DNA of 64,000 bases from Klebsormidium nitens. Its lineage: Eukaryota > Plantae > Klebsormidiophyceae. Below the pieces are notes generated by a model that worked only from the letters and a program-made list of their open reading frames with translations, was not told where the DNA came from and made no database searches. Within the stretch, counting starts at the first letter, position 1; every line of letters starts with the position of its first letter. Where the stretch lies: NCBI GenBank assembly GCA_000708835.1, contig DF236989.1, forward strand, positions 1 to 64,000, read 5' to 3'. The translations under genes and the position numbers were made by a program. This document shows, piece after piece, positions 62,994-64,000 of the stretch.

Positions 62994-64000
62994 TGCTGGC
63001 GCCAGTACTGCCTCTGCTCTTAAGTCGCTGCCTGACATGCTTTATTTTGCATCCCCGTCCGTCAGCAGCAGTAGCGACCAGTAGTAGGCGTTGCTGGGGA
63101 GAGGTGCCACCGTGCCAAGCTTAGAAAAGCGGACCCGGCTGGGGACTTAAGCTTGTTGGCTGTTTCCCACTCCTTCAACTATGCAGGGATCTTCAAGTGA
63201 CATTCATTCAACAGATTGCTAATCCTCTGACTTGGTTGGTGTGGTGGTCCCCAACTTGGTGCCACTCGCTTGCCTTCTTATTGCGCCTGGTTCTCGTGAT
63301 CAAGGTGCTGCCCCACCGACCATCCTGTTTTCCAACCATCTCAGCATTGTATAAGGGCTGAACTCCGACTGCAACACTGCTTTTCAGTGCCTGTTGACCT
63401 TCTGTGTTTGCAAACCCTTGCAGAAGCACTGATTCAGGCTGTCAGGAAGCAACTATTGCTCACATTGACAGTGACATCCACTTTCAATGTCCCTGCATCA
63501 ATCAGTGCGCCATCTAGGCAGCCCTGCGCGTCCTGGACACCCTGTGTTAATGTAGACCACGGGCGGAGCCTCTTGCCCGCTTCATCCTCTTAAGGGCTTG
63601 CGCTTCTCTTTCCTACCCCGTGCCGCCTGTTAACGCTTTAAAATGCGTTATGCTGGATGCAATTGACGCTCCCAAAGGAGGCGCTCAGGGCTGCTTATCG
63701 CATCTACAATGCAGCAGCACAACTGACAGCAGCACACACCTGCAGGCCGCCACGATCACGAGTTTTGCTGCTTCAAGCACATTGATCGCCACGGAAGAAG
63801 GCGCTTGCAAAGTCTCTGATGTAACATTATTGCGAGTCAGGACTCAACCGTATAAATATTCAATCCATGGACCATACCCATCTTGCGCATTCCGCAATGT
63901 ACCTACATCAAGTTTCTTCTTCTACGGTATACCGGCGGCGGTAGACTGAATCTGGAAAACCGTACCTTCCAAGTTCCAGGCTTCCAGCACAGCCTGAGTA

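Noticed and set aside
63000-64000. Short ORFs upstream of the kinase start
   Set aside because: No recognisable domains or consistent splice model. The region is most likely 5' UTR or promoter.

Overview
This is eukaryotic, intron-rich nuclear DNA with GC3-rich exons. The gene content and style suggest a streptophyte alga, Klebsormidium-like (inference). I spliced nine multi-exon genes by hand: a plastid-type FAD-dependent oxidoreductase (+), a MYND-finger protein (+), SUGP1-like (-), NTAQ1 (-), COX17 (+), a small secreted Cys-containing protein the ORF track misses (+), atypical plastidial pyruvate kinase PKP4-like (-), PSMD9/Nas2 (+), and a ~20-exon hybrid histidine kinase (-). The kinase has an MGCAAS acylation motif followed by GAF, a Cys-less LOV-like PAS, HisKA, HATPase, a pseudo-receiver and a receiver. 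Non-coding content includes two non-autonomous DNA transposons with clean TIR+TSD, a third foldback repeat in two copies, several minisatellites and three GC-AG introns. The most notable patterns are (1) degenerate copies of exon boundaries sitting in the adjacent intron, seen repeatedly in four genes, one copy with mostly synonymous divergence; (2) a ~1.4-kb degenerate tract with a RIP-like CpA-to-TpA dinucleotide signature; and (3) the kinase architecture. No rRNA, tRNA or CRISPR array was recognised. All splice models and counts were done by eye; coordinates marked ~ are approximate.
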